Positions 28,868 through 39,537 are shown, numbered from the stretch's first letter. The stretch is 64,000 nucleotides of DNA from a candidate division FCPU426 bacterium (GCA_040756875.1 JBFLYH010000001.1:64001-128000); one strand, 5' to 3'. Program-made: numbers and translations. Notes: a model not told the origin generated them from the sequence alone.

Positions 28868-29970
28868 AAAGCGAAGCACACGCCGTGCTCCTGCGGCGGC
28901 ACGGGCGAAACCACCTTGAAATATCCCCGGTGCGCCTCCACGGCCAGTTTGCAGAAGGTCAAGCCCAATCCGGTCCCTGAAAACTGGGCGTCTTTTTCCC
29001 TGACCCGGCTGAACATGTCGAAGACCTTCTGCTGGTGGGCCTTGGGGATGGGTTCGCCCCAGTTCGTGACGCTGACGCAGGCCTCCTGGTTTTGGAGTTC
29101 GGCCGCAACGCCGATCTCCGTGTCCGTGGGCGCGTATTTGATGGCGTTGTTCAGGAGGTTGTTGACCACGCGTTCGATGATTTCCGGGTCCAGCTCCAGC
29201 GTGAGCGGGGCCTGGGGCACGTGCACGGCGATTTTCAGGGTCTTGCCGGAAATGGTTTTTTCCATCATGCGCGCGCAATCGGCGATCAGCTGGGAGAGGT
29301 CGGTCGGCCGGGTTTTCAGGGCGAATTCCCGGCTTTGCATGCGGCTGATCATCAGCAACTGCTCGATCATGCCCAGCAGCTTGGTCCCGTGGCGGTCCGC
29401 GCCCAGCAGCATTTCGTGGAGATTGTCCGGCAGGTTGAACTGGTTTTTCCTGAACAACTTCAGCGTTCCCAGGACGGCGGTCAGCGGGTTTTTCATGTCG
29501 TGCACGATCATGTGGGTCAGCGCTTCCTTGGCCTCGTCGAGCGACTTGAGCTGCTCGGTCTGGTCGTTCAATTTTTGGTTGTTCAGGACCAGGCGGGCGT
29601 TCACCATTTCCAGGGCCTGGGTGCGGTCCTTCACTTTCTGCTCCAGGTTTTGGTTCATGAGGATCAGTTCGAGGTTTTTCAGCACGGTTTCCTCGATCAC
29701 TTCGTCGTTTTTCTTTTCGTACGCGGCCAGCTGCAGCTTGAGCTGGTTGATCCGGGCGACGTATTTCTCGACGATATCCTGGAAGGCCCGGCCGGAATCA
29801 ATGTCCCGGATGGCTGAACTGCCCAGGCCGGCCGGCGGATCGGCTTCCTTTTTTTCCGCGGCCGGGGCGCTGGCGGACAAGTCCAGCGAGGTGCAGAGCA
29901 GCTTCTCCAGGCTCGGTTCTTCGGCCGGGTTTCGCAGTTCGGGTACTGGCGCGGAAAAGGGATCGGGCAT
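28834..29970 (-). CDS. Orphan cytoplasmic histidine kinase with coiled-coil N-terminus
   Basis: IVHDMKNPL, NLLNNAIKY, GTGLGLTFC. Confidence 0.9.
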   Translation of the reverse strand: MPDPFSAPVPELRNPAEEPSLEKLLCTSLDLSASAPAAEKKEADPPAGLGSSAIRDIDSGRAFQDIVEKYVARINQLKLQLAAYEKKNDEVIEETVLKNLELILMNQNLEQKVKDRTQALEMVNARLVLNNQKLNDQTEQLKSLDEAKEALTHMIVHDMKNPLTAVLGTLKLFRKNQFNLPDNLHEMLLGADRHGTKLLGMIEQLLMISRMQSREFALKTRPTDLSQLIADCARMMEKTISGKTLKIAVHVPQAPLTLELDPEIIERVVNNLLNNAIKYAPTDTEIGVAAELQNQEACVSVTNWGEPIPKAHQQKVFDMFSRVREKDAQFSGTGLGLTFCKLAVEAHRGYFKVVSPVPPQEHGVCFAFYLPLASPSTA

Positions 29971-30149
29971 GGCCGTCTCCTGGAACCATCGTGTGCTTCA
30001 AGCCGTCGCTGCTAGTCTCGACACGGCCCGGGCGGGACTTAACCGCATACGCGCCGGTATCGTGCCGCTGTTCATCATTAGTCACTCGGGATTCACAAGC
30101 TCCGCCGGCGGGGTCTAAATACCATACGGCGTGAAAGGCGGTGAGGGGC

Positions 30150-31019
30150 ATGACAGCCATCCGGGAAGTGGACGAAATCTTTCAAAGCCAGACCACCCGC
30201 GAAGGGGCGGGCGTGCGGCTCAAACGCGGCTTCGGTTTTCACCAGCTGCCTCGCTTTGATCCCTTTCTCATGCTGGACGATTTCCGCTCGGACCGTCGCG
30301 CGGACTATCAGGCCGGGTTTCCCTGGCACCCGCACCGGGGCATGGAAACCATCACCTACGTGCTGGACGGCCAGGTGAACCACGAAGACAGCCTGGGCAA
30401 TACCGGCAGCATTGCGGCCGGGGATGTGCAGTGGATGACCGCCGGCAGCGGCATATTGCACCAGGAAATGCCCCGGGGAACGGACGCGGGACGCCTGCAG
30501 GGGTTTCAGTTGTGGTTGAATTTGCCGGCCAGGTACAAAATGATGGATCCCCGCTATCAGAATATTTCGCGGGATTCGATCCCGACCGTGGAACTGCACA
30601 ACCAGGCCCGGGCGCGGGTTATTGCCGGACAACTGGGCGCGGTGAGGGGGCCCGTGGAGGACGACACCTCGGACCCGGAATATTTGGACGTGCAGGTGCC
30701 GGCAGCTGCGACGTTCGAGTATCCGGTCACACGGGGGCGCACGGCCTTTGCCTACGTTCTCGGCGGCACGGCGGCCTTTGCCGGCCGGCCTGGATTCGTG
30801 GGAGACGGGAACGTGGTCCTGTTCAAGGATGGAGACCTCGTCCGGTTGCGCAGCGGGGACCAGGGAGCGCATCTGCTGCTGGTTTCCGGCAAGCCGCTGG
30901 GCGAACCCATCTCCTGGTACGGACCCATGGTCATGAACACGCACGAAGAGATCGAAACAGCCCTGGATGAGCTGGACAAGGGCACGTTCATCAAGCAGCG
31001 CGGCCGCGCCGCCCGTTAG
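30150..31019 (+). CDS. Pirin family protein
   Basis: DPFLMLD, FPWHPHRGMETITY, WMTAGSGILHQE, GPMVMN. Confidence 0.95.
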   Translation: MTAIREVDEIFQSQTTREGAGVRLKRGFGFHQLPRFDPFLMLDDFRSDRRADYQAGFPWHPHRGMETITYVLDGQVNHEDSLGNTGSIAAGDVQWMTAGSGILHQEMPRGTDAGRLQGFQLWLNLPARYKMMDPRYQNISRDSIPTVELHNQARARVIAGQLGAVRGPVEDDTSDPEYLDVQVPAAATFEYPVTRGRTAFAYVLGGTAAFAGRPGFVGDGNVVLFKDGDLVRLRSGDQGAHLLLVSGKPLGEPISWYGPMVMNTHEEIETALDELDKGTFIKQRGRAAR

Positions 31020-31058
31020 GCGGGGAGCCAAGGGGAGTGCGCCCGGGGAGGACCGGAG

Positions 31059-31844
31059 TTAAAAGAGTTTTTTCATCCAGTCCGACATGGCTTTGGCCGC
31101 CAGTTCCCAATGGTCTTCCAACATGACGTTGTGGGCCGTGCCAGGCACCATGAACAAATCCGATCCATACGCCCGGGCCGTGGCCTGCATTTGGGAGGGT
31201 TTGAAGAGCCTGTCCTGTTCAGCGCCGATGACGAGCGAAGGCACCGGCAGTTTGGCGAACTTGGCGGGCGTGACCCACAGCAGTTCCAGAAAGATAAGAA
31301 ACGATTCCGGGACGGTCCGCTGGAAATAATTCCGGATTTTTTCCGGGGCGAGGCCGGGGCTGTAGAACGCTTCGTGGACCAGGGCCGGGGTGCTGACAAT
31401 CGGATAAAGGTCCTGGGAAGCGAGGCACTGGAACGATTTGACGGGATGGCGGCGGAAAAGCCGGAAGACCATCCGCGCGATGCCCCAAACCGGGATCGGC
31501 GTGATGAGAACGGCGGCCCGGGCCGGATGGTTTTTCAGGTAGCGCCGGACGATGTCGCCGCCCATGGAATGGCCGATCAAAATGGGCGGGGCGGGCAGGC
31601 TGGCCGCGATCCGGGCCAGGTCGTCCACGTAATCCGCCATGCTGGTCCAGGCCAGCTTGTCCCGGCCCTCGCTGCGGCCGTGCCCGCGCAGGCTGAACGC
31701 ATGGACCGCGTACCCGCGCCCGTAAAAAAACGGAAGCATATAATCCTGCCAGCAGTCCATCGCATGCCAGCTTCCGTGCACGAACAGCAGCGGCGGCTTT
31801 CGTTCCGAACCGGCCGGAATGAGGGAAAGGGCGTCCAGTTTCAC
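31059..31844 (-). CDS. Alpha/beta hydrolase
   Basis: FVHGSWH, GHSMGG nucleophile elbow, D and H triad residues. Confidence 0.9.
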   Translation of the reverse strand: MKLDALSLIPAGSERKPPLLFVHGSWHAMDCWQDYMLPFFYGRGYAVHAFSLRGHGRSEGRDKLAWTSMADYVDDLARIAASLPAPPILIGHSMGGDIVRRYLKNHPARAAVLITPIPVWGIARMVFRLFRRHPVKSFQCLASQDLYPIVSTPALVHEAFYSPGLAPEKIRNYFQRTVPESFLIFLELLWVTPAKFAKLPVPSLVIGAEQDRLFKPSQMQATARAYGSDLFMVPGTAHNVMLEDHWELAAKAMSDWMKKLF

Positions 31845-32005
31845 AATCGCTCCAGGGAGAAGGATTCGCGGGTATCATATCATCAAGTCCGGGCCAGGAC
31901 AATGCCGGCGGAGAACAACGGATGCACGGGCGGCTGGAAGGGTGTATAATAGCGGTCATTGAGCGCCGGAAGGGCGTTCACTACTCGCGATCAAGGGAGA
32001 CTGTC

Positions 32006-32350
32006 ATGGCCAGCCATCCTGAGCAGCCGTTCAATTCACGGGCCTTTGCCGCCCTGACCCTGGCGCTGGCGGCCCTGGGCCTGCCGGTGACCGGCTATGT
32101 CAATCATCTGCTGGCGTTCGATCCCATGTCCGGCGCGCGTCACGCCTGGATGGCGGCGCACAACGTCCTGGGCGTTCTCTTCGTGGTTTTCGGCTTGTGG
32201 CACCTGGTTCTCAATTGGCGGCCCCTGCTCAAGCACGCACGGGGCATTTATGACCGGATCTTTGCCCTGAGCCGCGAAGCGGTATGGGCCGGCGTGGTGG
32301 TGGGCCTGGCGTTGCTGGTGTTCGTGGGCCACGCTTTTCTGCTCAGATAA
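32006..32350 (+). CDS. DUF4405-like His-containing membrane protein
   Basis: WMAAHNVLG...WHLVLNWR. Confidence 0.7.
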   Translation: MASHPEQPFNSRAFAALTLALAALGLPVTGYVNHLLAFDPMSGARHAWMAAHNVLGVLFVVFGLWHLVLNWRPLLKHARGIYDRIFALSREAVWAGVVVGLALLVFVGHAFLLR

Positions 32351-32374
32351 AACGGTAACCAGGCGGGGGCGCGC

Positions 32375-32932
32375 ATGGGCAGTGTAAAAGGCAGCATGTG
32401 GAACGGCGTACTGGATTATATCGGCCAGGAATTCGGCCCGGAAGCCGCTGGCCGCGTGCTGAAGACCATGGACGTCAAGGATGCAGCACTGCTCTCCCAA
32501 AAAATCCTGCCGATCAGCTGGGTGGATTACGGCGCCTATGTCCGGTTTCTGATCAAGGCGACCGAGGTGTTGAAAGGCGGAGACAGGGTTTTGCTCGAAG
32601 AGTGCGGGGCCTACAATGCGCGCCGGTCGGTGAACGGCGTCTTTCAGGCGTTTCTGCGCATTCTCAATCCCTCCACCGTGCTCCACAAAACCGCGCAACT
32701 CTGGCGCCATAGCATGAGTTCGGGCGTGATGACGGTCAGCGCCGAGTCCGACAACCGCGTGGAGCTCAAGGTTACGGATTTTCCGGACATGCCGGCCCAG
32801 CATGATGTGGAACAGGGCGCTTTCATCGCCGAGGTGGCGCGGATGACCGGCATCGAAAGCGTCAAGTGCACGCATCCCCGCTGCCTGGGCCGCGGGGATG
32901 ACCACTGTTTGTACGTCCTGACCTGGAAGTAA
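32375..32932 (+). CDS. V4R/H-NOX-like (DUF2378-like) protein, paralog 1
   Basis: VKGS, ILPISWV, GVFQAFL, C-terminal HPRCLGRGDDHC V4R-type motif. Confidence 0.7.
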   Translation: MGSVKGSMWNGVLDYIGQEFGPEAAGRVLKTMDVKDAALLSQKILPISWVDYGAYVRFLIKATEVLKGGDRVLLEECGAYNARRSVNGVFQAFLRILNPSTVLHKTAQLWRHSMSSGVMTVSAESDNRVELKVTDFPDMPAQHDVEQGAFIAEVARMTGIESVKCTHPRCLGRGDDHCLYVLTWK

Positions 32933-32988
32933 CTCCGGCTCGGGTTTTCGGGCCGAATCTATTTAAAAAAAAAGATCTGGAGGGCTCC

Positions 32989-33198
32989 GTGTCGCAGCGG
33001 AACAGTCAAAATCCCGTTCGCAAAGAACTCAGTTTTAAGAAAGAAAGCAACCGCTTCCTCGGCCAGGCCGCCGGCCGGGCCGGTTCGGTGCCCGGAAGCA
33101 TGAACTGCCCGTCCTGCGGGGAGGTGGTGCCGCCCAAACCCGGGTTCAGAATGTCGTCCCTCAAGTGCCCGAAATGCGGTGCGGGCATGCACAAATAA
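32989..33198 (+). CDS. Small zinc-ribbon protein
   Basis: CPSCG...CPKCG; RBS ggagg before GTG. Confidence 0.6.
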   Translation: MSQRNSQNPVRKELSFKKESNRFLGQAAGRAGSVPGSMNCPSCGEVVPPKPGFRMSSLKCPKCGAGMHK

Positions 33199-33345
33199 CC
33201 GCAAGGCGAAAACTCCCACTTTAAATGTGCCGGCCGCTTTTCTGCGGTCAAGACCAGGCAGATTAACCCGATAATTCATACTGACAGCCGGCGCAGGCGC
33301 AGAACACGGCCAGGTCACCCGGGTTGACACCAAGGAGGCGGGTCC

Positions 33346-33576
33346 ATGAACTGTTGGGAATTCAAAAAATGCGGCCGGGAAGCCGGCGGAGCCAAGGCGG
33401 CGGAATTGGGCGTTTGTCCGGCGTATCCGGACCACGGGCGGCAATGCGCGCGCATCGCCGGGACCCTGTGCGGCGGGATTGTTCAGGGGACTTTCGCCTC
33501 GAAACTGCACAATTGCATGAAGTGCGAGTTTTACAACAGCGCGCATTATCTGCTGGGTAAGACGGAACCAAAATAG
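33346..33576 (+). CDS. Small Cys-rich two-CW-type domain protein
   Basis: MNCWEFKKCGRE...CPA...GRQCARIAGTLC...CMKCEFY; RBS aaggagg. Confidence 0.8.
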   Translation: MNCWEFKKCGREAGGAKAAELGVCPAYPDHGRQCARIAGTLCGGIVQGTFASKLHNCMKCEFYNSAHYLLGKTEPK

Positions 33577-33751
33577 GACGCCCGCCCCTCGGGAGGGTCG
33601 CCCCGCTTGGGCGGATTAAAACCGTGGCGCGAAAGGCCGGCGTATTGATGATGCGGGGTCGCCGGGTAAATCTTGAAAAAGCAAAGAAACCTGTCATAAT
33701 GCTCTTCCTGCTGGATATCTCAATGACAATCGCTCGGGAGGACTGGCGATA

Positions 33752-34576
33752 ATGAAGAAAATACTATGGATGACAATCATGGCCGTTCTTTATGCAGCCT
33801 GGGGAGCGCTTCCATTGCCTGCCGACGAAGGGAGCGAAGTCATTCAAGCTCATCCCATGAAGGTCTATTCCAACGCGGAACGTCGGCACGCCGGAGACCG
33901 GAACCAGTTGCTGACCAGGGATGCGATTGCCGTTGTCAGGCGGTTTTACGAAACCAATCCACAAGCCGGCGACCGGATCGAACCGTACCAAGCCGAGGGC
34001 GAGAAGGGTTTTCAGGTGGTTTTCCATCGCACCATCGAGGGAAAGGAACAGTCGGTGGCGGAATTGATGGTTACCGAGCGCGTGCCGGACGGGACCATCC
34101 TCCATCCTGCGCTGGGCGAGCTCAAAGGCTTGGTCATGAAAGGCCTGCATTCCGAGGACGAGTTCAAGGCGATGGAAAAACAATATAAAAGATTATCCGC
34201 TGCCTTCTACCGCCAGGTGGATGACGGCGAAGGCGGCCTGGTTGACGAGGGGGAGCGGATTTACCGCCAGGCCCGGGACCAGGCCCATGCAGGGGAGAAA
34301 TTCGAGGTGGATAAGACCGAATTGGCCGAAGGCAAGGCCAAAGCCAAGGAACTGAAAAAACAGATGAAAGCGCTGAAAGCCAAGGGCGATATTGCCGGCA
34401 TGATGAAGCTGGCCCAGCAGAGCCGGATGGCTCCGCCCAAGGTCGCGGGCGAGGCCATGCAGGCCGCGGCCAAGGACACCTGGGACATCTGGGTCGGCTG
34501 CCTGCGCGACCTCAAGGCCGCGGCGTACTGGACCAAGTTGCAGTACCCCGACGCGGTCCTGCCCGCCGGGGAATGA
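33752..34576 (+). CDS. Secreted hypothetical protein
   Basis: MKKIL signal peptide, RBS ggagg. Confidence 0.7.
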   Translation: MKKILWMTIMAVLYAAWGALPLPADEGSEVIQAHPMKVYSNAERRHAGDRNQLLTRDAIAVVRRFYETNPQAGDRIEPYQAEGEKGFQVVFHRTIEGKEQSVAELMVTERVPDGTILHPALGELKGLVMKGLHSEDEFKAMEKQYKRLSAAFYRQVDDGEGGLVDEGERIYRQARDQAHAGEKFEVDKTELAEGKAKAKELKKQMKALKAKGDIAGMMKLAQQSRMAPPKVAGEAMQAAAKDTWDIWVGCLRDLKAAAYWTKLQYPDAVLPAGE

Positions 34577-34962
34577 CCGGAGGCGCGCCCGTGCTTTCGC
34601 TGATCAAACGCTATGGTTTGTACCTGCTGCGCTGGCAGCTGTCGACGCCGATCCTGGCCGCGTGCCTGATTTATTTCCGCCCGCTGGGCAGCTTGTGGGC
34701 GACCGTGCTGGCCAACCTGGCCGGCGGCCTGGTGTTTTTTTGGGTGGATCGCTTCATCTTCACGCACCACTGCCTGGGGAACCTGTGGGAAGTGGAAGAA
34801 CAGGTCCGCTGCGCCGACTGCGGCAGCGTGGAGCGGGGATACCGCCTGGTGTGCGCGGATTCAGGCAGATATGACAAGCGCCAGGACCCCAAACCCGAGT
34901 TCCGCTGCCAGCGGTGCTCGGAAAAAAAACGGCAGGCCCTGGCCGCTGCGGGTAAAATCTGA
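34573..34962 (+). CDS. Small membrane protein with C-terminal zinc finger
   Basis: YLLRWQLSTPIL TM region; CADCG and CQRC. Confidence 0.7.
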   Translation: MTGGAPVLSLIKRYGLYLLRWQLSTPILAACLIYFRPLGSLWATVLANLAGGLVFFWVDRFIFTHHCLGNLWEVEEQVRCADCGSVERGYRLVCADSGRYDKRQDPKPEFRCQRCSEKKRQALAAAGKI

Positions 34963-35020
34963 CCGAACATCCGGGCCGGCGCGGCCAGAATCGCGGGGCA
35001 GGGGATGGCGCGGGTGACGC

Positions 35021-35569
35021 TTACCCCAAGTGAATGAGCCATTTCCAGGCTTGGGGGTTGGAGTCGTCGCGCGTGACGCGGGTGTTTTTCGCGCCGGTCA
35101 AGTCCACCAGGCCGGCGATATAACCGTTGAGCAATTCGCGAAAATGGAGTGGAAGCTCCGGATACTCCTCGACCACGAACGCGATTTCCTTGTCTGCGAG
35201 CCGTTTCACCGAAGGCCGGCCCTGGTCGTGATAGGTTTTCCAGATCACGGCCGTCTGCTTGATGATCATCTCCACGGTGAAGATCTTGAGCAAAACGTGG
35301 TAAATGCCCTTCATATTGTCCCCGGCCCCGTCATAGCCGATTTGCCACAGGCCCTCGCGCAGCGGTTTGCCGGGGTACAGCCAGGGCACGAGCAGTTCGA
35401 AAAAACGGGTCGATTGTTCGATGGGCAGCTTGCTGGAAGGCAGCAGCTTGAAGAACAGCTTATCCTCTTCCGGAGTCAGCGATTTGCGGAAGTTTTCCAG
35501 CGCGGACGAACCCAGGGCGCTGAGCCGTTCCCGGGCAAAGATGAGCACCGTGGCTTTGGTTTGACCCAT
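35021..35569 (-). CDS. V4R/H-NOX-like (DUF2378-like) protein, paralog 2
   Basis: TKAT, LLPSSKLP, GIYHVLL, IWKTYHDQG, GLVDLTGA. Confidence 0.7.
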   Translation of the reverse strand: MGQTKATVLIFARERLSALGSSALENFRKSLTPEEDKLFFKLLPSSKLPIEQSTRFFELLVPWLYPGKPLREGLWQIGYDGAGDNMKGIYHVLLKIFTVEMIIKQTAVIWKTYHDQGRPSVKRLADKEIAFVVEEYPELPLHFRELLNGYIAGLVDLTGAKNTRVTRDDSNPQAWKWLIHLG

Positions 35570-35640
35570 GTCGCACCTCTCGTTGGTTCAGGCTCCTGGC
35601 GGCGTTTGTCGGGGGGTCCTGCGGCTGCGCCAGGGCCTGG

Positions 35641-36471
35641 TTACTGCTTTCGTTCCTCCGCGATCAGCGCGGCGATGGCCTTGAGGCCGGACATGCCGGG
35701 CAGGGAAAGATAGCCCGCATATTTTTTCTCCAGGGCCGCCCACCTTCCGGGGTCTCCCGCCGCCTCGGTTATGTCGGCGAAAAAAGCCCTTTGGCTTTCC
35801 AGGGCGCTGCGGCCGGAGACGTCTCCATGGCCTGGAACCACCATGACCGCCGGGTAAGCCGCAAGCATCCCGTCCAGGGCCTGCATCCATTTGCCGATGT
35901 GCGTTCCACCCTGTTTCATGGCCACCGGAATCCAGCGGTTGAACACCAGATCACCCGTAGCCAGGAGCTTGCGGTTCTCCAGATAAACCACCAGGTTGTC
36001 CCAGGCGTGCGCCTGGCCCAGGTTGCGGATTTTCACGGTTTCGTCGCCGATGGCGAGCGCCGTCTCCTCGCCTGCGGCCAAACGGGTCGTTTGTTCCCCG
36101 GCGACCCCGGAATCTGCGCCCGGGCCGGTGATCAACCGGGCCCCCGGATACAGCGGGTTGCCGCTGATGTGATCCGCATGCTCGTGGGTGTTCACGATCA
36201 CCACCCGGGCCCCGGGCGCCCAGGAATCCACGTAGGCTTTGAGCCGTTTGGCTCCGGAACCGACCTTGGTGTCCACGATCAGGACGTCGCGGTTGTCCGG
36301 GGATTTGAGCAGGACCGTGTTTCCGCCTCCGCCGAGCATGATGACCAGGTTCGGATCAGGCTGAACGAGGGAAATGCTCAGGAATTTGGACATGACCGGG
36401 CCCAGATACAAACCCGCTGCCGCGCCGATCAGGATCAAAACGCCTGCGGTCCATAAAAGGATTTTTTTCAT
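35641..36471 (-). CDS. MBL-fold metallo-hydrolase
   Basis: NTHEHADHISGN, AHAWD, TGDL, VPGHG. Confidence 0.9.
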   Translation of the reverse strand: MKKILLWTAGVLILIGAAAGLYLGPVMSKFLSISLVQPDPNLVIMLGGGGNTVLLKSPDNRDVLIVDTKVGSGAKRLKAYVDSWAPGARVVIVNTHEHADHISGNPLYPGARLITGPGADSGVAGEQTTRLAAGEETALAIGDETVKIRNLGQAHAWDNLVVYLENRKLLATGDLVFNRWIPVAMKQGGTHIGKWMQALDGMLAAYPAVMVVPGHGDVSGRSALESQRAFFADITEAAGDPGRWAALEKKYAGYLSLPGMSGLKAIAALIAEERKQ

Positions 36472-37055
36472 TTCAGCCTCCTGGCGGGAATGGAAGGAGC
36501 GGGGTTCGGGGTTTGCTCCATGAGCGAAAGGATTTCGCCGGCAGCGCGCCGGACGTCAGGATCAGGGTCGGTTGCGGCGTTCCTGACCTCGGCTGCGACC
36601 GGGGCTGGCAGGAGCAAGACCCCGGGGCTGGCCCGGCGGATCCGGGCCTTCAGGAACGGCAGCAGCGTTGAAATCAGTTCGGTTTTGGCGCGGCCTTGGG
36701 ATGCGCCCAGGGCCGCGGCAAAATCCGGCGCCAGGCGCTCCAGCACGGCTGGCGCCTTGCCTTTGAGCCAGACAGCCGCCTGCAGGCGCTCGGCCGGGTC
36801 TCCGCTGCGCAGTTGCGCGGCCACGGCCAGTTCCTTTTTCCGGTAGCTGTTCGCCATCCTCGGCACGATGGTCGCGCCGACTAGGAAGGCCACGGCCACG
36901 AAAATCCAGAAAAACGACAGATCAGGCTTGCTCCGCAGGCTCTCGGTCCGGCGCTCGAAGTCGAAACGCAGGCCGCAGTGGGGGCATTTGTCCCCGATCC
37001 GCGTGGACAGGGGAACGACCCGCCCGCAATTTCCGCAGCGTTTGAAACTTGCCAT
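36468..37055 (-). CDS. Zinc-ribbon/TM/HEAT-repeat hypothetical protein
   Basis: CGNCG...CPHCG, TM helix, DPDPDVRRAA. Confidence 0.65.
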   Translation of the reverse strand: MASFKRCGNCGRVVPLSTRIGDKCPHCGLRFDFERRTESLRSKPDLSFFWIFVAVAFLVGATIVPRMANSYRKKELAVAAQLRSGDPAERLQAAVWLKGKAPAVLERLAPDFAAALGASQGRAKTELISTLLPFLKARIRRASPGVLLLPAPVAAEVRNAATDPDPDVRRAAGEILSLMEQTPNPAPSIPARRLK

Positions 37056-37263
37056 CGCGCACCCGCCTGTCCGCAAACCGGGTAGATGATAGGGGTATTG
37101 TAATATGCTGCGGGAAATCAGGCCACAAAAACGATCGTCCGCTTTCGGGAAGTGGCGACGGACGCCGGCGGTTTTCGTGTAATAAACAGGTGTCAATCGG
37201 ATCAAATCATTATAAAATCCGTTTCGCGATGAATGGGAATCATGCTGCATCCGAAGGAGAGCC

Positions 37264-37854
37264 ATGTCCCTGATATCCCCCGAACTGATCGAAATGTTCA
37301 ACCAGGCGGCGAAGCTGGCGCGCGAGGAGCATTATGAGGAATCGCTGGCCCTGTGGGAGCAGATCCTGGACCCCAAAAAGCGGCCGGGCCATCAGGCCTC
37401 GGACGAGCGCATGGTGGTGACCGGCGATTTCCTCGGCCAGTCCATGCTGAGGAAAGCCTGGGTCCTGATGGACCTGGAACGGTACCCTGAGGCCAGGGAG
37501 GTCTTCGCGAGCGACCTCATGGAAGCCTGCCTGGGGCAGTTCGAACTGGACATACTCTACGAATATTTTTTCAGCTTTGGCAACACCCTGGGCTCGCTGG
37601 GGGACATCGAGGGCATGGACGACAAGCTTTCGCGGGCCATGAGCATTGCCGCGGAGGAGCTCGGTGACTATCAGAAGCTCCGCCAGTGCTGGCTCAACCT
37701 GCTCGACCATGCGGCCAGGAACCGGGACTGGAAATACATTCTCCGGGAAAGCGATGTCTGCCTCAAACTCGCCCAAAACTACAAAGACGAGGAATTGGCC
37801 GAGACCGCCGAAAACGCGCGCGAACAGGCCCGGAACGGCCTGAAAGGCCGGTGA
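37264..37854 (+). CDS. TPR-like helical protein
   Basis: KAWVLMDLERYPEA and FGNTLGSLG TPR-like helices; RBS aaggag. Confidence 0.65.
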   Translation: MSLISPELIEMFNQAAKLAREEHYEESLALWEQILDPKKRPGHQASDERMVVTGDFLGQSMLRKAWVLMDLERYPEAREVFASDLMEACLGQFELDILYEYFFSFGNTLGSLGDIEGMDDKLSRAMSIAAEELGDYQKLRQCWLNLLDHAARNRDWKYILRESDVCLKLAQNYKDEELAETAENAREQARNGLKGR

Positions 37855-37889
37855 GCGGGCGGCACTTTTTGCATTCGGGGAGGTGGAGG

Positions 37890-38336
37890 ATGGAACGCGA
37901 ACTGCTTCTGCGGCAAATGGCTCCCTGCGGCCTGGATTGCGGCCGCTGCGTGCGTTACCAGGAGGGGACGGTCGCCCGGGCGGCCCGGAAACTGGCGGAA
38001 AGCCTGGAAGGGTTCGGCCAGGCGGCGCCCCGTTTCGCGAAGGGGATGCCGGCGTTGGAGCGTTACCCGGAGTTCGAAGCGGTGTTGGGCCTGTTGGCCG
38101 GCGCGGATTGCCCCGGGTGCCGGCAGGCGCCGGAGAAATGCTTTCCGGTTTGCGCGGCCAAGGACTGCCACAGCGACCAGGGCGTCGATTTTTGCGCGGA
38201 GTGCGATGAATTCCCCTGCCAGCGCAACCAGTATCCGGAAATGTTCAAGCAGCGCTGGCAGGAGATCAATAACCGGATCAAGGAGATCGGCGCCGAGGCT
38301 TATTACCACGAGCAACTGCGGAAACCGCGGTATTGA
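37890..38336 (+). CDS. DUF3795 Cys-rich protein
   Basis: APCGLDCGRC...CPGC...FCAECDEFPC. Confidence 0.85.
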   Translation: MERELLLRQMAPCGLDCGRCVRYQEGTVARAARKLAESLEGFGQAAPRFAKGMPALERYPEFEAVLGLLAGADCPGCRQAPEKCFPVCAAKDCHSDQGVDFCAECDEFPCQRNQYPEMFKQRWQEINNRIKEIGAEAYYHEQLRKPRY

Positions 38337-38406
38337 AGGTCAGAAGCAGCGGCCGCCTTTCATGGCTGGGCGCATTTTTTATTATCTTTTTGAAAGGGAG
38401 AATTCC

Positions 38407-39537
38407 TTGAAACCATTTATTTGGGCGGGACTATTGGCGGCGTGGCTGATGCAGCCGCATTCCGCGGCCGCGCTGACCCCGGCTTTTCATATTGCCGTCA
38501 ACGGCGAGGAATCCAACACCGTGACCGTGGAAGCCGCGCCCAACACCTTCGCGGTTTATGTTACGGTCAGGGACGAGGACACGGGGTTCCTTTTAAACGC
38601 CAATGTGGCGTTTGTTTTGGAAGCATTTCAAGCCGACCTCTCCGGCCCGGGCCTGGGAACCTTGCAGATTAATTTCGGGGCGACCATCAACGGCGAATGC
38701 CTGATTTACAACCAGTATACCCAGGCGGAGAATATCCGCATCCGGGTCAGAGATGCTTCGGGTCTGGGGACGCCCCTGCCGGCTTATTCCGCGGAACTCC
38801 AGGTGTTTCCTTCGGCACCGGCGAACAGTCTGATGTGGGCTGATCCTCCGGCGCAAAACATGGGCGGTTTTATCTATGCCGTTCCTTCCAATGTCACGGC
38901 CCTGGTCAAGGTCATGATTCTGGATGCCAACAACAATCCCATTGCCGGCCTGCCCGTGGATTTCGCCATTCTGGCCGCTCCGGTGGGCAGCACCCTGGCA
39001 GCCGCGGGGTCGAACACCACGGACGCCACGGGCCTGGCCGCGGCCTGGCTGCAAACCGGCCTCCTGTCCGAAAGCTTTGACCTGCAAGCTGCAGCCGGTT
39101 CTTTGACGCCTGCATTGCACATCGGCGTATTTGTGCCCACGGCCACGCCCACGATCACGCCGACTGCCACAATGACCCCCACGAGCACCGCAACGCCTGC
39201 GGCGACTTCGGTCCTGGCGCTGACAGCCACTGCCACGCCTACTCCCACCTCCACCCCAACGCCAGCCAATCCGGCCCAGGGCATCGGCGCCTATCCCAAC
39301 CCGGCTGCGGGCATAGTGCATTTCACCTGGACCGGGCAGGCTGACCGCGTCCGCATCCTGGTTTACAACCCGGCCGGCGAGCGCGTGGCCGAGGTCAGGT
39401 CCGAACCCGGCGCCAACTCCGCGCGCTGGGACGTCGGCGGCATGGCCAGCGGCGTTTATCTGTACCAAATCATCTTTGACCGCAACGGGAGCACCACCCG
39501 GACTTCCACCCGGAAAATCGCCATTGTGAGGCATTGA
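38407..39537 (+). CDS. Secreted Ig-like (Big_1) protein with Thr-Pro linker and T9SS type-A-like CTD
   Basis: LDANNNPIAGLPVDF...TTDATGLA; TPT linker; AYPNP...ASGVYLY...KIAIVRH. Confidence 0.75.
   Translation: MKPFIWAGLLAAWLMQPHSAAALTPAFHIAVNGEESNTVTVEAAPNTFAVYVTVRDEDTGFLLNANVAFVLEAFQADLSGPGLGTLQINFGATINGECLIYNQYTQAENIRIRVRDASGLGTPLPAYSAELQVFPSAPANSLMWADPPAQNMGGFIYAVPSNVTALVKVMILDANNNPIAGLPVDFAILAAPVGSTLAAAGSNTTDATGLAAAWLQTGLLSESFDLQAAAGSLTPALHIGVFVPTATPTITPTATMTPTSTATPAATSVLALTATATPTPTSTPTPANPAQGIGAYPNPAAGIVHFTWTGQADRVRILVYNPAGERVAEVRSEPGANSARWDVGGMASGVYLYQIIFDRNGSTTRTSTRKIAIVRH

Noticed and set aside
28916-30118. 400 aa plus-strand ORF
   Set aside because: Antisense shadow of the histidine kinase; Ser-rich with no motifs.
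35641-36471. Metallo-beta-lactamase resistance gene
   Set aside because: The HxHxDH fold is clear but is shared with cyclase/glyoxalase II-like hydrolases; nothing supports antibiotic specificity.
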